DNA of 64,000 nt from Hyphochytrium catenoides (GCA_900088475.1 FLMG01000540.1:62001-126000); one strand, 5' to 3'. Positions 13,919 through 26,126 are shown, counted from the stretch's first letter. The notes: a model not told the origin generated them from the sequence alone. Program-made: numbers and translations.

Positions 13919-15014
13919 CATGCATCCTTGATCCATCTCTGTGTGGTGAGGTGACTGAGAACAGTTCATGTGTCAACTCATGCGCGCGTTTGCCAAAGTC
14001 TCTTGGTCCTAAAGACGCCTGAGGAGGAGAAGCTTGAGGCGCTGGATCTAATGTTTAAAGTATATCCTTACCTTTGGTCAGCAGTGCATGCTGTTTTCTT
14101 TGGCTGATAACCGAACCTGGAGGAGTATATAGGAACGACCATGGGAGAACTTTCCGTCTTCCCTGAGGTCAGCAGGTCATCGTCTTGACATCCTTTTTCT
14201 TATTAAGTTGTGCTGGCAATCTCTAGAACTAAGCGGCTTAGGATGGTGAAGGGAAAGCGCTTGCTGGTATATTCCTCAGTACTCTGTAGTCATTTAAGGC
14301 CTTGTTATCTCTAAAATGCAGTGTAGAGCCTCAAACCTGCCCCTGTTGCGACAATCGGGCCGCAAGGGCTAACCTGCACATCGTCCAGGGCCACTCACCC
14401 AAGACCCAATACGCCAGGGTGTCGGGTTTGATGGCAAAGGAGTTTATCAGGAGAAGTGTACATGATATCGTATCATGGGAAGGAGCTCTCTATATCTAGG
14501 CGGAAAGGACCGAGATGGTCCATAACTCGACATGGTCTATATCCTACAAGGGAGGTCCTGTTCTCCGTCCTCTACCAGCACCTTTTTCTGAGTCTCTTGG
14601 CCCACCATAGGGACCTCCAGTAAGCTTTAAGGCCTCACTTACGGAGACTCGGTCTGTTTGCTTGATGGCTCTCACGGCGATTGAGTCTTCGTCCAATAGA
14701 GAGGAGCTCATATTATGGGGCCATGATCCGTACAGCCCAGTGGTAGTTCCCTGGTCGTGACCTGTCGTGACGCTTCGTTCGGCAGTTCATCGCCACTGAT
14801 CTTCAGCAAAAAAGTTATGTCATTTCATAGTTGTACCAGAACTGGTCGCTGCTGTAGTAGTAGTTGCTGTAGTTAGGTGTATAGTGGCTGTATGGACAAA
14901 ATGATCTGATTATAGAGAAGACTCCTTCCTATCGCGAATATCTGTAACATCATACCGCTTGCGAATAGTTGAGATGCTCACTTGCCCTGACCGCTTCTGA
15001 TGTCACGTGCTTGA

Positions 15015-15049
15015 GGGTGTTGGGCAGGGCTGGGCAGGGCTGGGCTGGG
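15015..15049 (+). repeat. G-run pentamer repeat (GGGCA/GGGCT), potential G-quadruplex
   Basis: gggtgttgggcagggctgggcagggctgggctggg: seven GGG runs with 2-4 nt loops. Confidence 0.7.
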
Positions 15050-15325
15050 CTGATGCGAGGAGAGGTTGATCGGGACCGACTGGATGCAGCAGCCGCGTGA
15101 TGATGATGGACGCCGCTGGAGAGCACTATTCATTGTTAAGGACCGTAGCCTATACAACTTTCTCCAGCCTTGTCTAGCGGAAAGCAGACGGACTGACCGG
15201 GACCCATCGAGTGCTCATTGGCCAGCCCGAAGGACATTGTGATAGTCCAGTGTCATATCGTTGTTCGACTTGCGTTGCGCTCCTTCATCATTGTATTTCG
15301 TTTTGCATCAATATAGCCGACCAGG

Positions 15326-16375
15326 ATGATGATCTCTAGAGCTAGACTGTGGATTAAGCCGAGACTTGCTTTGGCTCCCAGACGCTACCTGCAGCAGAAG
15401 GCGGTAAGCACAACAAACCTGGGGAGTTAGTCTTTCCTAATCTTGCCTTGCTAGTCTCCTGTGCCCGCAGACCGCGTAATAGACATATGGAAGCAAGCAA
15501 AGGTGAGGAGAAGCCCGCCTTGCTAAAAACTGCACCTCTCCTAATCTCCACACTTAGGCAGTCTGCTTTGATGTGGACAGCACTGTGATAGCAGATGAGG
15601 GTATAGATGTTCTGGCCGACTTCAAGGGTGTGGGTGACGAGGTGAAGAAATGGACTGCAAAGTAAGCACACTTCAACCACTTCCTACACGGTTATAACTC
15701 TAAGTTGTCGATCGAAAGTGCCATGGGTGGCAGTGTAACTTTCCAGGAGGCCCTTGCTGCCCGCCTGGAGATGATCAAGCCTTCGCGACAGGACGTAGAG
15801 AAATGTCTTGAGGTGCATCCACCTCGGCTTACAACAGGTAAGCATTCAGTGAAAATAGAAAGAAGGCGAATGAACAAGCATGACAGTCCTTCGACAGGAA
15901 TTCCTGAGCTATTCAGAGTACTGCATGATAACGGTGTACATGTCTACCTTGTCTCCGGCGGCTTCAGACTGGTATGTTCTGGAAGTAGCAAAGCCCTTCT
16001 TGATGATTTTCCTGAACACATTTTCTTCTGGTGCTTCAGATGATAGAGCCTGTGGCAGACATGCTTGCCGTCCCTCGCTCGAGGATCTACGCCAACACAA
16101 TCAAGTTTCACTCCGATGGAAGTTATGCAGGCTTTGACTCCAAGGAGCCGACGAGCAGAAGCGGTGGAAAGACGGAGGTTGTGCAGATGCTAATTGACGA
16201 GCACCGGTATAAGCCGATCGTTATGATTGGTGACGGAGCAACCGACATGCAAGCGCGGCCCCCTGCTGATGCATTCATTGGCTTCGGAGGCGTGGTTGTG
16301 CGCGAGACAGTCCGAGATGGTGCAGATCTCTATGTCATGAGCTTCGAAGAGCTTCTGGCGCCTCTTCGCCGATGA
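15326..16375 (+). CDS. PSPH: Phosphoserine phosphatase (HAD family) with predicted mitochondrial presequence (spliced)
   Basis: HAD motifs AVCFDVDST, LVSGGF, SGGK and IGDGATD. N-terminus splices as MMISRARLWIKPRLALAPRRYLQQKA|SPVPADRVIDIWKQAK. Confidence 0.93.
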
Positions 16376-16438
16376 GGTTTACCCATTCGCGCTGGTTGCC
16401 TGAAGGCATGGCATAAATAACTATAACTATTTCTTCAT

Positions 16439-18370
16439 CTACATCTTCAATCCGAGAAGTCCAGGGGGTAAGGTGATCTTCTGCTTGTTCTCCTGTCCGC
16501 ACAATATGCTTCAAGTAAGCAATGGACCCACGTAAGAGCGACAGGAAGGATCTGTTGGGGATTACACCTACATATTCCTTATAGGCCTCCTCCAGCTTCC
16601 GTCGAAACGATTCAAGCTCAGAGTCATCTTCGGCATCTTCAAAGTCCTCAAAGAGAGCTTCATCAAAGACTTTGGAAGGATTCTGACTAGCCTATGTCAA
16701 CACAAATGAAGATCAGTATTCCTGGTTACTTCTACAATTTAAGTATCTCCTGAAGCTTGTCCTAACCGCAGACAGCAGTCCTTACCAGCTTAAGCTTCTC
16801 CTCCATGTCCCATTCTATACTCCTTGGTGACTGTGCCCCGGCTCGCACTCTTGCAATACTTGCGTGCTCTGGCTGTTTCTGATCCTCGGTATCCTTTGCT
16901 GCTTTCTCTCTATGTGAAATCGATGCGACAGCTCAGTGTTAATTCCCGGGATTTGAGTTTGCCAGAGAGACTCACTTTTTCTTTTTTTTCTTCTTCTTCT
17001 TTGCGCTTGGGCTCTTCCGTGGCGCATCGTTGTTGATAAAAGCTACTAGCTCGTCCAGAGAACGATTGTCTTCTGGTGGTGGTAACCTGGGCTCCGCTGT
17101 CGAGCGCAAGTACTTGAGGATTAGGGGCTTCATAGGTCGAGAAACATTGTGGCTTACCGTTGAAGTCGGGGTTGCCGTACTCGTCACATGGAAACAGGTG
17201 TCGGATCTCTTCAGCGGTCTTCCCTAGCGAATATAACCGTGGAATAACGTCCCAAGTGAGAGAAAGTAAACAAGGCAGTAGGAGTCGTGCATGAGGAAGG
17301 AAGCAGCAGTCTCTCAGCAAGCAGAGGTTAAAAAAAATAGGAAGGATACATAGCTGATGATGGCGTGAAAGATTTGATCAGTGCAGAGCACACAATAGAG
17401 GCTTCCGCTAGAACTTGCTTGCCCTGATCCCTACCTATCATTACGGCCGACACTGACTCGCACGTTTTATCTACGAGCTCTTCGATGCCAAGATATAGCG
17501 CGGCCTATAGAGAAAACAGCAACCGTCAAACCTGTCTTTATATCTGACCTAAACGAAGGCACGCATACCGATGCTAGGTCACAAAGCTCTATTGACCCGA
17601 GTTTTTCATAGCTTCGATTCCATTCCTCAAGGTGTGCCGCTGCAGAGGCAGCGTTCTGTTGCTGCAGATAACGGCATCTGTCCCCATAAAGTAAGAGACA
17701 GGCATACCACCTTATCCTGCACGTATTCTAACCTGCAATAGCCCATTGTGAAAGCGAGTCCACCTTGTGACACGTTTTCCAAACGAATGCGGAGCTTGAC
17801 CTTTCTTGGGTCCTCGCTTGCATCTATCGTCAACTCATCACTGTTCGCTGTACGGATATGGTGAGAGGAGAGACTTTAAGGACTAGGACAGTCACTGAGA
17901 CAAGAATCCATCCTTACCCGCTATAAGCTCTCTTAGCTTCGGAGATAGCCGAGCAACGCCAATAGGGACCGATAAAGTGTTGCCCTCTTCACTCTAGAAG
18001 CAGACAAGGCGTCGTGAGGACATTACTTGGAGGAGGCACGCGTAGGTAAGCTAAATAGAGGGAAATGTAGTCTTTAGAAGACGAATGGAACTGGACAGAC
18101 GTAATCAGCTGGAACCTATTAGGCATGTGTGTGTGTGACAAGAATGACAATGACGGCATGGAAGAGAGAGAGAGAGAGAACAACCATCGGAGGAGGAGTA
18201 TGCAGAGCGAGGAGAACAGTCGTAAGCAGAACTTCGTGATCTCCTCCCACCTCAAGCACAACATGCCTCGTTTTGCCCGAGCCTAGTGGATCCAAAGGTT
18301 TAGTTGGCCTTTCCTGTTCACCTTTGGCCTCTGCAGCGTCAGGATCTGCCTCCGAACGGGAAATCATCAT
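16439..18370 (-). CDS. SKP1-like protein of the long, type II (ASK20/21-like) form (spliced; start approximate)
   Basis: HVVLE|SEEGNTLSV...LSPKLRELI (SKP1 POZ-like) and LCDLAS|AALYLGIEELVDKTCESVSAVMI|GKTAEEIRHLF (SKP1 dimerisation motif). These are followed by RSLDELVAFIN, a poly-K run and an acidic EDDSELESFRRKL tail. Confidence 0.82.
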
Positions 18371-20257
18371 CTCGTCATCCGAAGGGATTCGATAGCTTTT
18401 GCTGGCTTTCCTTGACCGCGACAGGCGCCCTGAGGGCAAACGGGCACATTCTGCAGCGGCCAAGGCCAGCGCTTTGTGCCAGGCACTCGAAACCTGAGAT
18501 GCGGTCGCCAGGGCTCACCTCTAAGAGGTCAGGGCCCAAAGCGAAGGCTGGCCCAAGGATGAATCACTGCACGACCTCAGAAAGAGTTCTCTCCGCTCGC
18601 TCTTCCCAAATAGCGCGGCTTGCCACAGACGCTGACAACCACAAGGGAAAGTAGCACTTCCCTGAGATCGTGTCACTCGTGTCAGTGGTGCGCCTAACAA
18701 TCTAGCCGATGGATGGTAGTATGTGAGAGAGTTGACACACAGCAGCCAAGTGGACGACGAAGAGAAGAACGGGCCAAGCTTTGCAGAGCGGCAGCATTGG
18801 AGTGCGAAGGAGAAAGTAGGAAGAAGAATACTGGGCCCCGCCCCACAGTATTATTACGTCAGGGGCTAAGCACCATTAAAACCTACGAAGGTGCGCAGTA
18901 ATAGGCCTTCACCCATCAACATCAGCTGGAAGCCGAGATGCGTTATCTGTCTCGATCTCCTCCTCTGTCTCTTCAACTCTTCTATCCTAGTTCTCCGCCG
19001 GTTGCTCTGCATAGTACCTACGTTACCATGCTTGTGTCGGCAGAAGAGCAAGTAGCTGCCTCCACATGCACCGACAGAGCTGTCTTTTACCCCTTTCTCT
19101 TTAGTAGCATTATCTTCTGCGCATCGCTCAGTCAATCTGGCGTGCTCCAGCTTCTTGGAAATCATCTCTTCAGCCATGATGTGTATAAGGTATACTACCT
19201 CGCCTACCGCTACTACCTCCTGGTGCTTTGCCAGGTACAACTAGATACACTTTGCATCTTGCTCCCCAGGTGAGAGGGAGCAGGAAGATGCGAAGGCTTG
19301 GGGATGAGAGTCTGATGTCAGGAGTACGATAGCAGTATAGGTCCCGAGTTCTGATGAGGGTCTAGCCAAGACCTCGAGCCCGCGGTAGCTGCGCAGAACT
19401 GGCCCTCACTAGAAAGGAAAGCTCGCGCACCAAACTCAGCGTCGAAGGTGCCCAATCTAATAACTGGACGACAAGCACAGACGTGCTGAGTGCTAGAAGT
19501 AATGGGCGTACACTGAAGGAGTGACAATAGTGGCGCACGTATAGTTCTACCTCGTCCGCTATTCTTATACCGGATAGTAGGAGAGTAGACATGCACTGTC
19601 GCTCATCATCCTAGTGCCAAGACCTCTTCTACTCTTTCCTCTAGGGGAACCTTTATGCATAGGTAGCCGGGCATCAAACCATAGACGAACCTCTTAGAGA
19701 TAGAGGGTGAAGTGGTTATGGCACCTCTCCTAACTATTCTTGTGGAGGGCTGATAGGAGGAGGATGCGCTGACAAAGAGAGGAGGTCCGTCATCCTGATG
19801 CAGCTATGAATATCTTCCAAGGAGAGATCCCACACGGGAATGCCCCAAGCCGCTCTCGCAGAAGGCGAAGATGAACTGTCCTCCTCAACGACGATGGCCA
19901 CAACGTATTCCTCAACGATAGCTACTCCTGGCTCAGGGGAGGGCCAGGGATGTGGGGGGAAATTGGGTGCTCTTCGCTGGAGTTTTCATCAAGAACCGTC
20001 TTCGCATTGTAGTGGGGATGCAGTGATAGCTGTGGTTCGCCCGCCGTATGTCCTTCTCTTGCGTTCTCACATGACTCAATGACAGCTGCTCTGCCATGCA
20101 CTCTACCGCCCACCGCTGCATATTGAACGAAAAGTTAGATTCCCTTGGTCTTCAATCGTGGAAGAAGCCTTCTTGCAACTGAGGGAAGAGGTCCTCCGTT
20201 CCTGCACTTCTACAATGGCGTTGGGCAGATGAGGCTAGTGCAAAGGGGAGAAGAAGG

Positions 20258-20382
20258 CGAGAGAGAGAGAAAGAGGGAGAGAGATGTAAGAGAGAGAGGC
20301 AGAGAGGTGGAGACAAAGGGAGTGTGTGTGTGGAGAGAGAGAGAGAGAGAGTAAGAGAGAGAGAGTAAAAGGGAGAGAGAGA
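20258..20382. repeat. Compound (GA)n/(GT)n microsatellite, intergenic
   Basis: Imperfect GAGAGA and GTGTGT runs visible in the sequence. Confidence 0.9.
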
Positions 20383-21026
20383 TATGATGACGGGGGGAAT
20401 GACAAAAGAAGCAGAACGAGAGATCAGAAAAGTTGCGAGACAGCAGCAAGAAGTACATAATAATAGGGTGTCTGACGCCTGTTAGGGCCATAGAGGAAAC
20501 TCTCAGCTGGGTCATAATAATACATCATCAACATCGGAAAGGAGCTTGAGGAGAGTTTTGTGTCACAAAAGTATTGAGAAAGTCAAGGCTTAGTAATCGT
20601 CTACATCTCCACCTTTTTGTCCTTGTGCGTGAGAAGACACGGAGGAGACCACAATCTCGAGAGCAGCTCGTCTGCTTCGGTGCACAGATCTCAGCTGGAA
20701 GGCCATTCCAGCACGCAGAAAGGGCAAGGACAGACCGACTGGATACCGGGCCAGGTCGCTCCTCGAACCAACTTCAATACGAACATTTGCTATACCACCG
20801 AGGGAGTTGCTGAGACAGCCAGAAGAGGCTTACACACGAATGAAGGGGTATTTCTGATGAACCGGACCGTGTAGCACCATCCTTTCTGTGGCTCTGGAGC
20901 TTCTTCCTCTACGTGAGGACACAAACTTGGTTGTCTGCAAGTAAGAGGTCCAAGCCCCGTCTGCTACGAAGAGCCCCGTTTTTAGCGAACGCCATCAGGC
21001 TGCCCACACATAACAGCTTCTTAAGT

Positions 21027-22336
21027 ATGGGTCAAGGTGCCTCCAAGAAGACTCCCCGCGAGCAGCTCCGGGAAAACAAGCGTCTTATCAACCGAGCGAT
21101 AAGGTTAGGAACAAACCCTAAGCCCAAATGCGCCATCTAAGCTGCCACTCACACTTGGTCACCTACAGGGAGCTGGATCGAGAGCGAATGAATATGGAGC
21201 GTCAAGAGAAGAAGCTGGTCATAGACATCAAGAAAGCCGCTAAAGAAAACCAGATGGCAGGCCAACTCTATCTTTGATCCATTCTCACGTCAGGTCCTAA
21301 CAACAGACTCTTTGGCGATCACCCTTAGGGAGCAGTGAAGACCCTTGCTAAAGACTTAGTTAGAGTTAGGAACTATAAGACGAAGTTCTACGGCATGCGC
21401 TCACAGCTGCAAACAATGTCAATGAATCTTGAGGTAGGAGGATCAACAATGAGAGCCAAGACCTGCTTATCGCGCTGACGGGTTATACTGCCACAACAGA
21501 TGGCCAAATCAAATGAAGCAATGGCTGCGGCTCTCCAAGGCACCAGCAAGGTAATGCTTATGGCGGACTAGACTGCGAAGCGAAAGTGACAATCTTATTT
21601 CCTTGGCAATGTAGGCCCTGGCGACAATGAGCCAACAGTACAACCTGCCCAAAATGCAGAAGATTATCATGGAATTTGAGAAAGAAAGTGAGAAGGCGGA
21701 GTTCCAGGGCGAGATGATAGGCGATGTAGGTGCACTCCGTTCTCCAGCGCTTTTGTTTGTTCCTTGACTACGTGTGTTCACTTCCACGTACTCTAAATGC
21801 CTATACAAAGCTTAGCTTATGGACATGCTTCTGATACTGTCCTTGACTTTATGGCTTCGGGCCTTCCATGCACGTGTGTATAGGTACTGGATGGGGTCTT
21901 GACTGGCGACGATGATGTAGAGGAAGAGGATAAGATAGTATCCCAAGTTCTGGACGAAATTGGGGTGACAGTATCAGATCAGGTGACCATCTCTAGATTT
22001 TTTGTTCACTGCGAGTATCTCTCGCACCTCCCCAGCGCGTTGACAGGCTCACACCTCCATGACCACGGCTAGTCCCTAGCCCTGAGGAATGTTTTTTCGT
22101 CGTGAAGGGTAGTACAGGCACTGAACTGACGCTCAATTTGTCTGCCTCATGAACTTGTCCTACAGGTGCCAATGGCTCCGGAAATGAAGCAACCTGCGCA
22201 GTCGGTGGTTGGAAGGGCCTCACTTCCAGCAGCTGCTGCCCCCGCGGCTGCTCCTTCAATAGGGGGCTCAGAATCAGCCATAGATCCCGCAATGAGTGAT
22301 CTGGAAGCTCGTTTAAACAATCTGAGGAGGAACTAG
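21027..22336 (+). CDS. VPS2: ESCRT-III subunit Vps2/CHMP2A (7 exons, one GC-AG intron)
   Basis: KTPREQLRENKRLINRAIR|ELDRER...KKAAKENQM|GAVKTLAKDLVRVR...NLPKMQKIIMEFEKESE...IVSQVLDEIG, with C-terminal MIM1 DLEARLNNLRRN*. Confidence 0.95.
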
Positions 22337-22762
22337 GATACTGAACTGTCCTTCAACCGGTCCGGAAGTCTGTCCTCTTCACACTAAAGGGCATCTTATC
22401 ATCCTTCTCGCAGAATGGTTGGGCAAAGAAGCAATAAGGTTTGCTGAAGCATCCCAAAGGGCTGCGAGAGGAGGGGTGCTAGTGAGTAAAGCCAAAGTAA
22501 GAGACCGCGGCTTTGAATGAGAAAGGAGGCAATGTAGCAACTTCTATGAAGCGACTCACTGCCTTATTTAGATAGTGCTCACTTTTACAAGGCCAAGGAT
22601 GCTGCGGGGGTTTCATCGCCATTTGAGAGTGAATCGTGGACTTCTTGGGTTTAGCAACTTCCCGAGCAGCGCTCTAGGTTTGAAAGGGCAAGCAGCACTA
22701 CTAACTAACACCTGACTAACAAAATACTTAGAACTATATTTGCAAAGTTCTTTGCTGCATGC

Positions 22763-24084
22763 TTATGCAGATTGAAGGTCGTCTGCCTCTGTCTCTGCAA
22801 AATGTCCCTGTCTAGAACAGCCCAACACTCTTTCTGGCAGCTCCTCCTTCTCTTCTCCTTGAAGAATGAAGGCAATATCAAAGACAAGCTTTCGACAAAC
22901 AGGGAAGGCAAGCTGGAGGACTGCTCTCGCTAAAGCATCTCCCCCACAGTCGAAGTCGCACTCTACAAAATTGTCACCTGCAGCAAATCAAAGGGGTGAG
23001 TTAGTCACTTTAGAGGCCGCTCCTCTGCCTCTGCCTTCGCAAATTCAGTGTCAGACACGCTAATTACTTCTGCCGTCTCGACTTTCTCTCCATGACCATT
23101 TCAAGTCCGCAATCAAGCCACTTCCCTCTTATGGCTCAGCTTACCTATGAAATACTTGCTCTCTGTCTTACGACCTAAGAGTACCGGTGTCGCATTCTTG
23201 TGGCTTCCATTCTTCAAACTTCCCACCATAGACCGAATCATCAACGGCCCATCGACAATAGAGGCTGTCATCTTCCATCTGCTGTTTCTGAAGTCATCGG
23301 TACCTGTCTTAAAGGCGTCAAACACCCTAAAAAATCGCTCATTGGACGGCTCTGAACGCGCAGACTGTGAGATACCAAAGCAGAAGACGAAGTTGTACCA
23401 TATCCGAGGATCATTGCCTATTCCTTCCTGCTCTACCCTTCTAAGGACGTCTTCTGTCGGAGGATCTTCTGCAGAGACGTCCTGGACGGTTTGGTTTGCA
23501 GAAGCATCGCTCTTGTCCTTTCTTGAAAAGAGACGGAGGCCCCCGCTCTTCTTGCCCTTCCCGTCGTTGCAATTTATCCTATCACTTCTTTCCTCTTTCT
23601 TTCTTTGTATTGCGCCAAACAAGGATGAGAACATGGCAGACGTCGTGCCTTCATTTTCTTTGGTATCCTTCGCGTTCACTTTTTTGCCAGGAATGATAAG
23701 GTTGACCAAGAAGAAGGTTGTGCCTGGTTCTGAAGCTACTCCGTCCTTGGACATAAAGTCCGCTTTGACCCGATCAAAGATATTCCACTGTCTGCCTATG
23801 GACTTGTAGAGTCCCACATGGACTGTCTCTCCAACAGCAGGCGCAGCACGCTGCTTTACTCGAGAGGTAAGATAGTCCTCAGACCTAACCCAGAAAAGCT
23901 TCGCCTCTCCCTCTTCCCAATGCCCCCATTTCTTCTGCACGAAGGTTGGCGGCGGTAATGTACCATTGAGAGCAGCCACATCATTCTCTGATAACTCGAT
24001 ATCAGCACCCTCGGTAATATCTTCATCCATCTCAAAGTCTCCGAGCTCCAGTTCCAGCTCCTTTGCTACAGCCGCAGACGCCAT
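22763..24084 (-). CDS. EDR2 C-terminal domain (DUF1336) protein, 2 exons
   Basis: FWVRSEDYLTSRVK, FFLVNLIIPG, FRNSRWKMTASIVDGPLMIR, PVLLGRK; exon 2 reads NFVECDFDC...DIAFILQGEEKEELPERVLG. Confidence 0.88.
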
Positions 24085-25247
24085 CGTCAGTCGGCCAAGG
24101 ATAGGACTGTCCTTTCTTTCGCTTAGCAAGTGAGATGATTAGCCTTTATAGCTATTCAAGCTACTGGGCAACGGGCCTAGTGACCGCTCTCCAACGCAGC
24201 GGACCTACTGGGCAGAAAGGTTTGTCTTGTAGTGGGCAGGACAGACAAGTGACAGGCTGTAACTGGCTGAGGTGCAATGACCAGCAGCTGCTACAGACTT
24301 GAGGCCGGGGTCAGGAGGTATGTAAGGGGTAGCTCTCTGCGGGTGGCGTTGGCTTCTTCCTCTTCCGTTCTCTCTCCAACGACACTACGCGCGCACGCCC
24401 GCCGTCTTCGCAATGTTGCCGAGTTTCCCGCTCCGGATGCAGATCAAGGCGAACCACGGCAGCACAGAATGCATTATGTGACGCGCAGGGGCGGCCTCAC
24501 AGCTGTGGTAGCCTGAGGCCCTCACCATAAATAAGCCAATCAATCTATACAAACATTATCAAACACACGTGGGTTCACTGTGGTCAGCGAGGCCACCCCT
24601 ACTTTTAGAAGAAGAAACTGTTCAACTTTCCTTTATGATCCTGCATTGACTACGGTTCCTATCTTTATGGAGAACTGGAGTCGGGAACAAGCTGTTTGTC
24701 TGCATGTCTTCATTCATAAGAGGTACTCCAGTCTTGAGAGCAGCGCATTGTCCCAGCATGCACACGACGACTGGAGAGTAGCGTTGCAATCAAAGGGAGT
24801 CAGTCCTTTATAACAGTGAAGGATCCCGGATGCTGCTAAGATGCAGCGCTGTCTACAACGCAAAATTCCTCTTAGATTGAAGTTGGATAGGTGTGAACCG
24901 GTATGCAAGCGCCAAAGTGGACTAATAGTGCGAGCCGCTTGGTCTATCTTTAGACGAGCGGACCATGGGGCGACTGCTCAGTGATGATTCTCTGTCGGAG
25001 GCTGTTATGTAGACCAGAAGTGTGGAAGATTGCGGCAAAGACCCAATTATTACACAGCTTAGCCACGGCCGTTCGTGCACCAATTTTTGTCTAACCCTCA
25101 GTTTTATATTATCTTTTTAACGGGCTAGGCCCCATTTGTTCCTCCGCTGATCTGGCCTTTCCGGCTCTAGAGCTACTGGAGACCGCGAGACTCACGCAAG
25201 AGATCTCCGCTCTTCTAGGACCTTGGATCCTCGTTATTATAATAAGG

Positions 25248-26126
25248 TTACGATTCGTTGCTTTTCGCGCAATTGAGAATGTCCGAGCCTTCGAAAGTCT
25301 GAGTTGTCGGTACTTCTGCCTTGGGGGTTGCTAAGGTTTTTAGGGCACACGCTGTCATGGCCTCGGCCAGGACTGGTACTTCAATTGAACGATATCGATC
25401 AGGGAGGAGGAAGTTGACTTTCATCCCAGCCCAGTTCATTAACCTTGGCGTCCTGCTTGAGCCCACCAGCGTCCCAGGCCGGAAAATACTCACACTATCG
25501 AACCCCAAGCTCTTGACGTTTTTCTCAACCTGCCCCTTGAGCTGCATGTAATGCCCTACCGCAGTCCCATGCATCAGAAACCATGGCTTAGAGTGGACGT
25601 CAGCTCCTACAGATGTCAACAGAGAGGCATGACGCACCCCACCAGCTTTGGCAGATCGTGCAAACTCAGTGGGAAGCGTAACATCGACGAGCTCTAGCTC
25701 TTCAACAGTGCTCTTTGATGGAGCACCAACCCCCATAGTAATAAAGACTGCGTCGACACCGCGTAGAAGCGGTAGAGCAGCGTTCTCTAATAAGCCTGCT
25801 TCCATAGGAACAATGTGCTGCTCCACCTTCTCGACATCGTCAAATTTCTCGATCTTCCGCCGATTGAGGAGGACTATTCGTCCAATCTCTGGTCTTGTCA
25901 GCAGCGACGACACCACCGCGCCGCCCACGTTACCACTGGCTCCTAACACTGCCGCGCTAAAAATCGCCGGAGCCATGCTCTCCTCTGACGCTGCGCAGGA
26001 GCTATCTGTCTCACCTGCTGGACAGGAGTCAGCGCTTCTTACTTCCGTACTTCTCGCGCTTGTGCCTGGGCCTAGGCAAGTTAATAGCACCACCACGACG
26101 GAGATAACTTGCACAGTGAATTTCAT
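25248..26126 (-). CDS. TIP30/HTATIP2-like NAD(P)-binding SDR with N-terminal signal peptide, intronless
   Basis: AVLGASGNVG Rossmann motif, FARSAKAGGVRHASLLTSVGAD, Y..LKGQVE..V..LGF..VSIFRPG; hydrophobic N-terminus VISVVVVLLTCLG. Confidence 0.88.
   Translation of the reverse strand: MKFTVQVISVVVVLLTCLGPGTSARSTEVRSADSCPAGETDSSCAASEESMAPAIFSAAVLGASGNVGGAVVSSLLTRPEIGRIVLLNRRKIEKFDDVEKVEQHIVPMEAGLLENAALPLLRGVDAVFITMGVGAPSKSTVEELELVDVTLPTEFARSAKAGGVRHASLLTSVGADVHSKPWFLMHGTAVGHYMQLKGQVEKNVKSLGFDSVSIFRPGTLVGSSRTPRLMNWAGMKVNFLLPDRYRSIEVPVLAEAMTACALKTLATPKAEVPTTQTFEGSDILNCAKSNES

Noticed and set aside
15097-15196. Possible C/D-box snoRNA (GTGATGA...CTGA)
   Set aside because: No terminal stem and no recognisable rRNA-complementary guide.
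15326-15500. Apparent in-frame TAA after PSPH intron 1, suggesting readthrough or a variant genetic code
   Set aside because: Using the upstream TAG acceptor at 15454 restores the frame (SPVPADRVIDIW). Conserved genes here end normally on TAA, TAG and TGA.
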